A stretch of 64,000 nucleotides of DNA from Octopus bimaculoides (Eukaryota), in the NCBI RefSeq assembly GCF_001194135.2, contig NC_068993.1:55542180-55606179 (forward strand), written 5' to 3'. This document shows positions 13,603 through 25,489 of this stretch, piece after piece. A program made the translations under genes and the position numbers. Numbering within the stretch: the first letter of the stretch is position 1; each line of letters starts with the position of its first letter. The notes beneath the pieces were generated by a model. That model searched no databases. It saw only the letters and a list, made by a program, of their open reading frames with translations, and had not been told where the DNA came from.

Positions 13603-14074
13603 CAAGATGAAGAGTAATTTAGCTCAACCCTACTATGAGCTTCTGGATGGAAGCAGTCATCTAACTCTTTTAAGAAACTCTCTAAATTGTAAGCCAGGTT
13701 GAATTTCTCCAAAGTTTAACCTTGAAGTAGAATTGGTTATTATTTTATTATTTTAGAACAAGTTTAAGGATAACAACAGAACCGTTACTAACGGTCTGAC
13801 TCCATACTGAGACTCCAGTTACATCTGTGAATATTAAGTTCACTGGGACATCACCATGTGTGTGTGTATGTTATTCACTTGACTACTTTATAATTTGAGT
13901 ACAATGTTTGCACTTGCTATATACAGCTACTAATGTATAATATGTGTATGTGTGTGTATTAGGTAAGAAATGCATTCTGAGTTTTACTTAGGTAATCACA
14001 TGTTCGTGAATAGGAGTGTACACCTGTATACATGTGTTATATACCTGGCATAGTCATTATTGTCACTACTTCCT

Positions 14075-14108
<34 letters not shown>

Positions 14109-14240
14109 AATGTACAAGTAAGGTATGATTCTTCCACCTGTCTAAAAGGTCTGTAATTCCAGATAATAACTCATATTTGACACGAGAAAGTGCATGAACA
14201 GTACACAGAATAATGCACAGGAAACAAGATATATACATAC

Positions 14241-14352
14241 CACTTTGTGTGGCTGCTGGAGTTTTTAATTCATTCCTAGGTCTCATGCTGTTCACTTTCG
14301 TACCAAGATAAATTGTTTTCATTGATAAAAACAAAACTGTTTGTGGATATGA
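14241..14352 (-). CDS. Candidate exon of an unidentified minus-strand gene (SYPQTVLFLSMKTIYLGTKVNSMRPRNELKTPAATQS)
   Basis: Donor TG|GTATGT is good. The CTACAG acceptor has a poor pyrimidine tract. Phase compatible with 14926. Confidence 0.25.
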
Positions 14353-14925
14353 CTGTAGGCGTTTGGTATTTGTGTGTTTTAGTTGTTGGATAAAGATTTT
14401 GTCTGAAAGTTTCTTCCTTTTGGAGCAGGAAATTCAGTTCTTAGCAAAATAGAGGTTTTACAAAAACATATTGGGTTAAATTCAAGTGTCCATGGGAGCA
14501 ACAGACTTAAATAAAGTATAGCTGCAAAATGTGGCCTTAAATATCTGGAAAGACTGTCTGATCAAAGAGATGGAAATTGTTTCTAATTATCAGGTGGAAA
14601 TAATGGCAGGAAAGATGAGCTATGGATCCATTAGAAATTGTGAAGGTGTGTAGTCTGGTGGTCAGGGTGGTGACCTCACAATCATAAGGTTGTGGGTTCG
14701 GTTCCTGAACAGAGGGGCACACTGTGACTTAGAGCGAGTCACTTCATTTCTCTCTGCTCGCCTCTATTGTACCACTCACACTCTCCCCCCTTTAGTTGTT
14801 GTTACATTTTCAATGCTCTGAATCAAAGGCTGAAGAGCTCAGACATTGTCTCTGTTCACAACTACATAGACGTCCTAAACAATCAGCAAAAGCATGGCAC
14901 TTATTGCATACAAAGTCACACTCAC

Positions 14926-14958
14926 TTGTGAGTGCCGGCTGTTCTTACATGTCCTACT
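14926..14958 (-). CDS. Candidate 33-nt exon of the same gene (SRTCKNSRHSQ in phase 0)
   Basis: Acceptor aatctgcag and consensus donor AA|GTGAGT. Confidence 0.35.
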
Positions 14959-15611
14959 CTGCAGATTAACATTAGAGAGAAGTGGCAGTGTAGTGCAATT
15001 AAAGTGTATGAAACAATGTGCTAAAAACAATTACTGTTGAGTTAACTTGAACATTGTTTTCTGAAATAAATTACATTACAGATTTTATAAAATAGTATAA
15101 TAGTTAAATTACCATATACTAAATATAAATATACTCTGCTGGCTTCATTTGTATATAGATATTTTTTATTAATATTTAGCAGAAGCAATGGTGACTGAAG
15201 GGATGAGAGATTCGTGTGTTTGCTCCGTTGCTTCAGTTAAATATTAATAAAATATATATATATATATTCTCATGTTTTGAGTTCTATTTTTCCTGTTTGC
15301 ATCACAAAACCTGTAACCAAAACACTTGGATACTGAAATTTAACTTTTCATTAAACAAGCAAATGGTAAATGGCCTCTATTAAAAATCAGCATCTAGCTA
15401 TCCTTGTGCAAAATCCTGTAGTAATAGATGCAGGGATTGTACTTTGTACTTTTATTTTCAAATGTATAAATTGAATCTGGTTTATAGGATATAGCAGTTG
15501 AATTTTTTTTATATAAATGTAAACTAATTTGAATGGGAAGCATTTAAAATACGGTATGTGAATGACTGCAGTGTCATTCGAGAGTAATTAATTAGGGTGA
15601 CGAGAGTTTAC

Positions 15612-15791
15612 CAATTCATTCATTACAACCTTTAGTCTTGATACTGTCTCTTGAATTCTCTGTTTTACCTCAAGAGGATCTTGGACTCTGGATTTTTTGT
15701 TTGTGCATTTTCCTGAGTAAGATCTGGATCTCCCTATGGAATTTGGTAAAGATTCATTGCAAAATGGCATTTCATTACAAATGTCAATGAT
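15612..15791 (-). CDS. Candidate 180-nt phase 0-0 exon (IIDICNEMPFC...EVKQRIQETVSRLKVVMNEL) with a coiled-coil-like end
   Basis: Acceptor atatacag, donor TTG|GTAAAC, 60 open codons inside ORF 15588-15833. Confidence 0.45.
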
Positions 15792-15872
15792 CTGTATATA
15801 TATAGTCCGTACACTGTCACATGTGCTAGCCAATAATCAGAACTACTGGATTTGATGCCTGCAATGTCTTAC

Positions 15873-15967
15873 CGTTCCTGATTGAGCAGGCCTATGATAA
15901 TAAACACTCTGACCATGACCATCTTGTCTCCAGGATATTGTATCTTGGTCTACATTATCAAATGTGT
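15873..15967 (-). CDS. Candidate exon (DTFDNVDQDTISWRQDGHGQSVYYHRPAQSGT)
   Basis: Consensus donor ACG|GTAAGA, phase 0 into 15791. Coding requires the AAG acceptor 5 nt downstream of a CAG. Confidence 0.33.
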
Positions 15968-16269
15968 CTTATCTGTTAAGAATAGTAGAGTGTAATTCTT
16001 CAGGTTAGAGAACATGTTTGAATCAATGTCAAGAATGAGTGACAGAAGAGAGATAGGGAAACAAGGTATGAGTAAGTGAAGGTAGTGACTACAAAGTATT
16101 ATGATAAGTAGATGGCAGAAATGGACAGATCTATGTGATGCCATACTTCATTTCTCAAGTGTAGAGATAGTTATCAGAAAGTGGGGGATAATTAAAAGAG
16201 GAGAGTAAGATATAGAAATTTATTGTAACATAAAGGTTAGGAGAGACTTGAATGTAGACATCCCAGTTT

Positions 16270-16710
16270 GCATTGCAACTGTTTCACATCCATTTTTTTT
16301 TTCCATTCTTGCATGGCTTAGATAAGTTCTCTAATTCAGCACTTTGCTACAAGTTTGTCTTGTGTTCTACTCAAAATCAGACTTCACCATTTCATCCTAT
16401 ATATTTTCCTTGGCCTCCTTCTGCCATTTCTATATAATCCATATGGACTCTTCAGTACTTGTACAGCTAACATAGTCTATATATATATTATATGCTACAC
16501 CAGTGTAATCTTCTCTCTTGCATGCTACATCCTATTCTTATTCCACTTTCTCTCTCAACTCATTTGTGCTGCATCATTCACGCAAACCAACACAACTCAT
16601 CCACTGATGCATACACGCCTCATTTCTTTTCAACCATTGCAAATTGTTCACATTCAAAACCCAGTTTCACCTCCCTGTAACATTGTATTTCCTACACAAG
16701 CATTGTAGAC
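16270..16710 (-). mobile_element. Decayed RTE LINE 3' ORF fragment
   Basis: The reverse strand gives ACVGNTMLQGGETG (compare RTE ACVRSAMLHGSETW) and is homologous to 18020-18340. Confidence 0.7.
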
Positions 16711-17079
16711 ATTCTTTATTGCCAGCAGAGTTCAATGACAACCTTGAATTTTTTTTTTTTACATTTGTCTTACTCTAAAACCTATGCTTTTTGGATAGCC
16801 CCTCTATTACTGATTTATCACCTGGGTAACAAAGCTATCAGCCATTTCTATGGAGCCTTCTAGGCATTTCAAGTATGCCTCTGTCTGGGATGATAATGGC
16901 ATACATGCCCTTACTGTTAATGAAAAGAAAATGGCATAGAAGTGCTATTATGAGAGGTTAAACAAGAACACATGAATAAAAGGGAGTCTACCTGGTGCTC
17001 ACTCAACAGAGGGACCAACAATTCAAGTTGAAAGCATTATAGTAAATAGAGCAATTAATAACAAGAAGATGTGGTAAGT

Positions 17080-18340
17080 TGCTGGTCCATCTTGAATAGT
17101 TACGGAGATGCTCAAAATATCCAAGGAAGTAGGATACATGCTCATCACCCAAACAACCAGGTAATTTAGAACTGTCATGCTCAATGATTGACAAAGCAGG
17201 CAGGATCATTGTAAACTGCTGCAGAGGCCAAGGAAATGAACAAGAGCGAGGTATCAAATTTTGGGATTAGGCTATGAAGATTACAGAATCGTAGCATAAT
17301 TGATCACAAACAGCATTTGACTAGATAATATTTTGGTTTTATGCCCAGAAGAGATAACCACAGATGGCCATTTTCTAGTGAGGCTACTGAAAGAGATGTT
17401 CAGAGTAGCTACTATACCCAGCATTCATTGATTTTGGAGAAGGCCTTTAATAGGGTACTTGGTCTGTAATCTGGTGGCCACTAAGGAAACTAGGAGTTGA
17501 AAATACATTTTACCTGAAGATATGATCCATTACGGCTCTGCTTTTAACCGTTTCCTGTCCAACATGGTCATCACAGTGGAGCTTCAGATTGATTGTCTGT
17601 GGGATACTGATGATCTAGTTCTTAATAGGCCACAAGGTAAGTTTAGCAAAAACTTAGTAGGAAATAAGATTGGCCCCTTATACTATCAGGGAAATGGCTG
17701 TGATGAATATACAAAAAGGAGTGGGTATAAACAATAAATGCTGTACCTAGAGGAAGCTATGGACACACAAGTGCTGTAGTAGTGGAATCACAGGTTTAGC
17801 ATGTAACACGTAATAAGCACTCACAAGAAATAGCTTCTGTCAAGTACCCAGAAAGCTCACTAGAAGTCAATGATGCTTTTTGTTACTTAGGTGACATAAA
17901 TGGAGGCAATTGCTTCAAAAGTAAAGTAGTCGAGGTAAAAACGAGTTGTTAAATTCAGGGTGCAGTTGCCCTTACTAGAAACAAAGTTTCTCTCTCAAAG
18001 GGCAAATTGTATGATGCTTGTGTCAAACTAAAATGCTGCATGGGTAGTGAATTGTGGGTCTTAAATGCAGGTGACATAGAGGCTGAAAAGAAATGAAGCA
18101 AGCAGGTTTCAGTGGATGTGTAATGATACAAATGAACTGAGTATAAGAGGAATCGGATGTACTGAGGAAGGGAAAAATGCAGGTATGGAGGATGGTTGTA
18201 GTATGAAGAAATGACAAGTACTCTTAAGTTTGTGGAACCTTTGAAAGAGAGAGAGAGAGTGACTGGGGAAGAGTAGGGATGAAGTGGTGATGACTGATCT
18301 GAAGACGATGCATTTCATGGAAGAGATGACAAAGGGTCAT
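17080..18340 (+). mobile_element. Decayed RTE-clade LINE reverse transcriptase region
   Basis: Interrupted motifs appear in the expected order: AGPS*IVTEMLKISKEVGY, IIVNC, RGIK, LEKAFNRV, IWWPLRKLGVE, IHYGS, WDTDDLVL (YADD equivalent), then the C-terminal region. Confidence 0.85.
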
Positions 18341-18449
18341 ATTAATTGGTAATACACAGTGCTGGTGTAAACTTGACCAATGGTCAAAGAATGGTGATGT
18401 ATGTACATTGAAATTAGGGGAGGTGAATGTGTGTGTATATGCAACTAGT

Positions 18450-18620
18450 ATTTTGCTTTATGAGTTCTATAAAGGCAACAATGCAAGGAATATTAATGCA
18501 TATATGGGGATCAGACAATAAGTGTAAGCCAGTGTCAATGGTGGTTCCAGAAACTACAGCCTAGAAGACAAGCCTCATCGTGGAAGATCTGTAGAGCTCG
18601 ACAAAGATGTCCTACAAACT
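18450..18620 (+). mobile_element. Mariner transposase N-terminal HTH fragment (frameshifted)
   Basis: ILLYEFYKGNNARNINA / SVSQCQWWFQK / NYSLEDKPHRGRSVELDKDVLQT resembles the mariner W-F-F...SLEDEPRSGR motif. Confidence 0.75.
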
Positions 18621-18896
18621 ATGAAGAGCATAGGTTCGAAACATAAAAGATTTTCTCACTTCCCGAGCATCAAACTAATACATCTGTTTGTTGTATACAC
18701 ATCCATCTTTGGTTTTTGATAAATTCCAACTATAATATAATATAGTTGCTATCAGGATTCAGTTATGAACTGTAGAAGGCTGAATAGATTATACCCTATG
18801 AATCAGAGTTTACAGTTAGATAAGGAATGATGTGTCAGATGTAACAACAGACAGTATATAATTCTTTCTAAATTTGGCACAAGGTCAGCAACAGAC

Positions 18897-21800
18897 CTTC
18901 ATCAACAAATGTCAGAGATACATCCTCAAGACCTGGTAGCTGGACAAAAATACAAACAGAAGTCTGTGAGATAGAACAAACTAAACTCCCATCAATCAAT
19001 TCTGAAAAGGAAATGGCTCAGTCCAGTTTGCCTCAACATCTGCAAAAATAAGTTCCCCTCTCCCTATTTCACATTTCCGTGATTGGTTGGAGCAAGGCCA
19101 TCTATCAAGTTGTTAACTCTGTTGCTTCCACAATTAAAAGTTCTATATAAGTTAACATCGGTAGACATATTGAGAGAGGATATTTTATAGTACAGTAACC
19201 CCTCGACTATTGCAAGTGTTATGCTCCAAAAGCCCTTGTGATAGGTGAAAATCCGCGAAGTAGAATCAGTACTGTACTGTATATTTTTTTAAATTATTTT
19301 AATAATTTGTATATATTTATTTTATTATAAATGCAAAACACCACCACGGAGGAATCGGTTTAAGCTTAAATAATAAACAACGATAGGTGGACCGCGATAT
19401 GGTAAGGGATTACTGTATAATTATTTCATGATATCTATTCTTACTAGCAAGTAGATATCAGTATATTTTGGTAGCAATATTTGTCATGCATTTTTTCAAA
19501 GTAATTTTACTTTAAGAAGTGAATTACTTATTAAATGTATTAGAATATTTAAAAATAAGTGCTGACGCTATGTAAAAAGCACCCATACTGGCACCACATA
19601 AAAAGTGCCTGTGCCTGTACCATGTGAAAAGCACTTGTGCTAGCACCACATAAAAACCATCCATGCCAGTACCCATGAAAAGCACCTATGCTGGTGCCAT
19701 GTAATAAAGTTTCCATGTGAGTACCATCTAAAAATCACCCAGTAAACTCTGTAAAGTGGTTGGTGTTAGGAAGGACATCCGGCCACAGAAACTATGCCAA
19801 AACAGATAACTGGAGCCTGGCGTTGCCTGCCTTTCTGACTTGTCAGCTCCTGTCAAACCATCCATCCCATGCCATCATGGAAAACAGATATTAAATAATG
19901 TTGATTAAGTTTATCCTATATTCAGATGACCTAATTCTTCATCACAGAATCAACTTAAAAACACAAGGATTTGAAACATGCAAGATTACAAGGCATTTGG
20001 TTGAATATTACATCTGAATCTAATGGACTAGTTAATGGTAGGAAGATTAGGAATATGTCCAAATTTAAGAAACTAAATAGGGACTTGATAGTGTATCAGC
20101 CAATAAGCTGAAAATTTGGGGGCAGTTTCTTTTACCCCTGTTTGTAGAACAGTTCTAGAGCAGTGATTTCCAGCTTTTACTATGCCCAGCACTCCAAGGA
20201 AATGTTTTTGCACCCCTTTCAAAAATAATTTTTTAACTAACTGGCACTCCATCAGTTACAACAATAAAGGGCTCCAGTTGATCTGACCAATGGAAAAGCC
20301 TGCTCATGAAATTAACATGCAAGTGGCTGAGTACTCCACAGATGTACATACCCTTAACATAGTTTTCAGGCAGATTCAGCATGACACAGAATGTGACAAG
20401 GATGGCCCTTTGAAATAAAAGTACAACTCATTTTTACCAGCTGAGTGAGCTGGAACAACATGAAATAAAGTGTCAGGCTCCAGGACACACCACACCACTG
20501 GGAATCAAGCTCATCACCTTATAAGCACAAGAAGCTAAATGCCCTAACCACCAAGCCATGCACTCTCGCAAAAATAATACTATATTTAAAGATGAAAAAG
20601 TCAATTTTCTAATAATGAAGTTATTATGTTTTTAGTTGAACCACATACATTACTGTGGAATAATAAAGTACTTGTGCTTATTAAGACAAAGTTATATTTA
20701 ACCCATATATACCCCTGGTTGCATTTTCGCAACGCAAAACCTGCTCCTACTTGTTTGAACATGAACTTGCCAGGAAGCATCTGACTGAGCGTACGAAATG
20801 TTCAGTAGGTAGTCAACACCTGTAGCTAACAGTTGCATACTGTCCTTCTCTTCCAGATTGTGAAAGCTTACCATAATGTTTATTCTAAATACAGTGAAAT
20901 TTTAAGACTTCGTTTTTTTATGAGCATATATGGGTTAAGAGTAAGCCAAAAAGCTATTACAATAAAGTATATACTCTTTGCAACTCCACCCCTCCTGAAA
21001 TGCTATCTTGCACCCCTAGCGTGTATGGGCACTCCAGGTGGGAACCCCTGTTGTTCTTGAGCAAATAAATTTATATCCAAATAGCCCATTTTTGACATTA
21101 AAGGATACATTTCTGTACCATATCTACAGCAGTAGGTTTACCAAAATTAAGTCAACAAATGAGTTTCTATGTTGTTAGTCAACTGCTCAATAGAGTAACT
21201 AAATCTTCCTCAGCAAGTGTTGTCTTTAAAATGAGAACCATGCATTTAGATATAATTATTTTCTGTCTTTTGCCACCAGTCACAGAGATCCTTCAAAAAA
21301 AGTAAACGGTACTGATAAGGTAAGATAAGAAGGTAACCACTTGGATGCTTGACTGGTTGTTGTTGAATAGACCTAGGTCTGTGTCCACAATTCTAAACTG
21401 TAAGAGGAGGCCTACACCTAAGATCTTCTTTCATCTTATTCCTTATTCTTTTAGTGTCTGTCTTCCATGCTAGCATGGGTTGGCTGGTTTGACAGGAGCT
21501 CGTAAGCCAGAGGAGTGCACCAAGCTCCACTGTCTGCTTTGGCATGGTTTTTATGGCTGGATGCCCTTCCCAATGCCAACCACCCCTACAGAGTGGACTG
21601 AGTGTCTTTTACATGGAACCTGCACCAGCATATATGCATACATACATACATACATATATACATACACACATACACACACACATATATACATTTACACGCA
21701 CACACACATTTATGTATATGTATATAAGATATATTGAAAAAAAATTTTTAACAGTATTAAACTATTCATTGCTGGTCTATTCTGTTTCCAATGACCTGTA

Positions 21801-23040
21801 CTAGTTGATTAGAACAAATTCAACAACAACATTAGTTATAACAGCAGGATCCACAAGAAAGATTATATGTGATCACTTGATCTGAAAAATCAGCAAATGT
21901 CTCTGTTTCTCAACAAACATCTTAAATCATAGACTACATATTAAGTTCTAAATTTTAAAACATGTCCTACAATAAATATGGTTAGACCACTCATAAAACT
22001 TTCTAGTTTATTTTATGTGCTACTCCAGCTTTGCTATGCCTGTACATCAGGTTGATAATCCTGTTTGTTGAGTAATTTATCTTTGTCAGACTGATCTGTT
22101 CCACCAGATCTGATCATTAGTATTTAACAATGTTATCAACAGAAATTCTGAGAATAACCTAATTTCTATAATCATCCAGGCAATATTATCATTCTTTTAA
22201 AATCTCTTTTACAGTTTCTCAATGTTGGAATTTTTCTATTATTCAAAGGATATTTTGAGAATAATATGGTTGATATATTCTTGATGTATAGTTTGAAAGT
22301 AAGGCAGTGAGCTGGTAGAACAACTAGCACAATGGACAAAATGCTTGGCAGTATTTTGTCTGTCTTTACATGCTGTGTTCAAATGCCACTGGGGCAAATA
22401 AAATAATTACCAGTTGAGTACTGGGGGGTCGATATAATCAACTAGCCCCCTCCCCTGAAACTGATGGCCTTGCGCCAAAATTTGGAACCAATATCATTTG
22501 AAAGTGACAGTTGTGTGTTTGAAATGTTAGAGTATCTGACAAATTGCCATGACAATATTTAATTTTATGACCTCAAAGGTTGGTGTACAAGTTCCATAAG
22601 AAATCAATAGGTTTAGGAACAAGTGAGGAGAAAATACAACTGAGAAGATAGTCATGACATGGTTTCAGTCCAAAGTTGAATTCCTCACACATCTGTAAAA
22701 TGGTTAATGCCCTTGAGAAAAAAACAGGAATGTTATATAAAAATGTTGTGTGTTCTCTGAGACTAAATGTCTTGCATTATTCAGTTTTGTTTCTCTAGAT
22801 TCTAGCTGCCAATCAAGATTAAACCTTGCCTTTCCTCCCTCAAGAATATAAATAATCATCAGTAGGAAAATAGAATCAATTCTTTCACAAAAACTGACAA
22901 AGAAATCAATGCTTTTCAGGGGAAATAAAGTTGAAGAAATAACATTAAGGCATAAGAATAACTAAGAATTGGGAATTTCCATAACTTATTCTTTTTACCA
23001 AGTACACCATTTCAACAGCAGGGTAAAATGGATGTACATG
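18897..23040 (-). CDS. Four weaker upstream candidate exons of the same model: 22999-23040 (ATG at 23010), 21373-21397, 20751-20819 and 18897-19001
   Basis: All have AG/GT borders and chain in phase. Two donors are weak (GTCTAT, GTCTGT), and the exons were chosen partly because their phases fit. Confidence 0.2.
19193..19415. mobile_element. Tigger/pogo-like (Tc1-mariner superfamily) MITE
   Basis: TA|cagtaacccct ... aagggattactg|TA: terminal inverted repeats with a TA target-site duplication. Confidence 0.75.
19575..19895 (+). mobile_element. RTE-tail repeat with an internal tandem array of about 26 bp (aaaagcacccatgctggcaccacat-like, about 6 copies)
   Basis: The tandem units are followed by gtggttggtgttaggaagg...atggaaaacagatattaaat. 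Confidence 0.7.
20161..21050. mobile_element. hAT (Charlie-like) MITE ends, with a minus-strand SINE inserted at about 20270-20570
   Basis: Left end cagtgatttcca follows ttctagag (Charlie-type NTCTAGAN target). Right end tgggaacccctg. gcacccct is subterminal at both ends. The flanking 8-mers do not match. Confidence 0.45.
22302..22495 (+). mobile_element. tRNA-derived SINE, family A (diverged, internally deleted)
   Basis: aggcagtgagctggtagaa...gttcaaat...ccttgcgccaaaatttggaacc. Confidence 0.75.
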
Positions 23041-25489
23041 CTAAAGAAATCAGGAGCAACAGTTTTTTTTTTAGAAGTCATTGATTGAAATTCTTTCTTT
23101 ATTTCTTTGCTTACATCTTTGTTATATTTCAGTTCAGAATTGTTAAAAAAAGAAACTTTGATTCTTTTGAGTATTGCACTTTGTGTGAACTCTCTACAGT
23201 AAACACAATGTTAAGCTATCAATTCTTGACTTAAGAGCATGTATAATATCACAATATCACAAGCATTTAGTCTGTGCCTTTAGGCCAGTTATTCAACTAC
23301 CACTTTCCTCAAATTATCTGCCTCCTAAATAAAAATATTTATGGCAGGGAAAATGTGTGTGAGGGTGCTATGAAGGTAGTCTATAATTGTTGAAGCAATC
23401 ACCTAAAAAGAGTTTTTGACTCCATGTTGAATCTAGGCCTTATAGAAAGAGTATTATTACTGTATAAATGTTAAATGAAATAATAATGCTTCGGAGGAGA
23501 GAGAATAAAATATGTTCGTTAAAAAATTCTTTATAGTTGGCATTTTGGAGAGAAAATTTAATCAATTTATTCATTCTTTAAAAAAAATCCTTTTTATAAA
23601 CAGCCATCTTTTTTCCCCCCCAACAACCGTCTGCTCAATATTTTAGTAACAAAGAAACATCTGGCAGAACAGCAAACATTGATCTTCATTTCATTTGCTG
23701 AAGACGTATATGTATTTGTTAGGTCTCCTAATACTCGTTCTTGAGTTTAATACCGAAATTGAAATTCAGAAGAGACGAATTAGAGAAGGGAAATAAATAA
23801 TGGTTATTAATCTTTCCCCAAACCTAAAAATAACAAATAGTCATTTGTCTAACAAGGGAGACAACTCTGAGCCTGTTAGATGGCGGCAAGTGGTGGTGAA
23901 GCGAACATTAGCCATTTATTATAGACGTTCACCAGTCACTCCTATTAAAATATCGTTTCATTACACATTTTCGACTTTACTTGGTCGTTTTCCCCACTCT
24001 TTATTATCTTTTAAAAATAAGTCATTAATCTAAGTATATATATATAAGAAATAAAAGACAATTTAAGAACGATTTTAGTTGCTTTATGCTATTTGTATGT
24101 ATATATGTTTTTTAGATTTTAGAAACTGTTTTTTAGAGGCTGACGACATGTGTTCTTATTACTCACACATTCTGACTGAATTTCTGATTAAGGCGGTTAG
24201 GTTAGAGGAGAATAGAGATTGAAGTATGGAAGCTAGGAAACATTTAAAAAAAATAAAAATAATCGAAAACAGGTCATTTAATAATATTTTATATATATAT
24301 ATTCAAGAATGAATACACATTTTTATATAATTATTTATATCAATATATGCCTATATATACATTATATACATTATNNNNNNNNNNNNNNNNNNNNNNNNAT
24401 ATATATATATATATATATATATAATGTATATATTGCTCATATGAAAAAAAATTCATTATAATCCGAAGTCTGGTTATAAAACCTTTATGGAAAATTTGAC
24501 CATTATATTTTCTTTCTACAGATTTTTTCCCCATCTGCTTTGAACAAACAAGGAAACATATAAAGAAGGAAGTCTGTAGTTTAATATATGTCGATTAAAA
24601 AAATATTATTTTCAGCAAATAGTCTTAAGATATAAAGAAGTAATTTATGAAGGAATGGTTAAAGGGAACGAATTATTACAGGATTTTTAACAGATTTACG
24701 CAATTATAACGTGTCACTTTAGCTTTATTCTAGTCAATTCTTTTCTCCCCTTCCTTTTTTGTTCTCCATCTGGAGATTACCAGACTAAATTTACAGTTTG
24801 AGGCAAAAAATAAAACTAAATAAGAGGAAGGAAGCAGTTTTTATTCTTACTATTATTATTATCATTTTGAAATTAAGAGAGTATGAGTTAATTAATCACA
24901 AACCACACAGACATATATATGTGTAAATTTATATATATATATATATATATGTTTGTGTGTGTGTGTATACGTATAAATGATTTCTGAATCCCAATTTATT
25001 GACTGATTAATCTAGTTTCATTTGAGCCCCTTCAAAGTTTGAGCTCTTGCTGACCGGCGACAGCACAAAATATATGTATGTGTGTTTATCAATAAAAACG
25101 GTGTGTTTATGAATATCATGTCTTCACAGTTATAGACGTATGGTGCTTATATGTGTATGTGTACGTGTGTTTCAGTGGAGCCACATCGGCCCAGACACAT
25201 ACACACATAGGCACACACGTATATACACACAAAGGCAAAGAGATAGAAACACAGAGTTACACACTAACACACACACTAATTGACGCACATGCGCAATTTC
25301 ATATCCTATGCGATCATGGCGTCGATGGAATGACTTTCCTATTTCATTTTGAGGATATTTGGTAAGTAATGTTTGTTTTAAATCGATATACAGACTTCAG
25401 AAAAAACAAGTAGAAACATTGACAATTCAACGGTGCCCGGTCTTATAAACTATTGTCCAGTCTGACATTTTTTCCTTTTCAGTTTTTCC

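Noticed and set aside
19575-19740. Regularly spaced units of about 26 bp, superficially CRISPR-like
   Set aside because: They are contiguous degenerate tandem units with no unique spacers, lie inside a retroelement tail, and the context is eukaryotic with no cas genes.
18897-21397. Faint resemblance of the candidate protein N-terminus to the XRCC4/PAXX head (LNISY, LEDVS), and of SWRQDG to ELP1
   Set aside because: Only a few residues match and the downstream architecture does not fit. No name can be assigned without a profile search.
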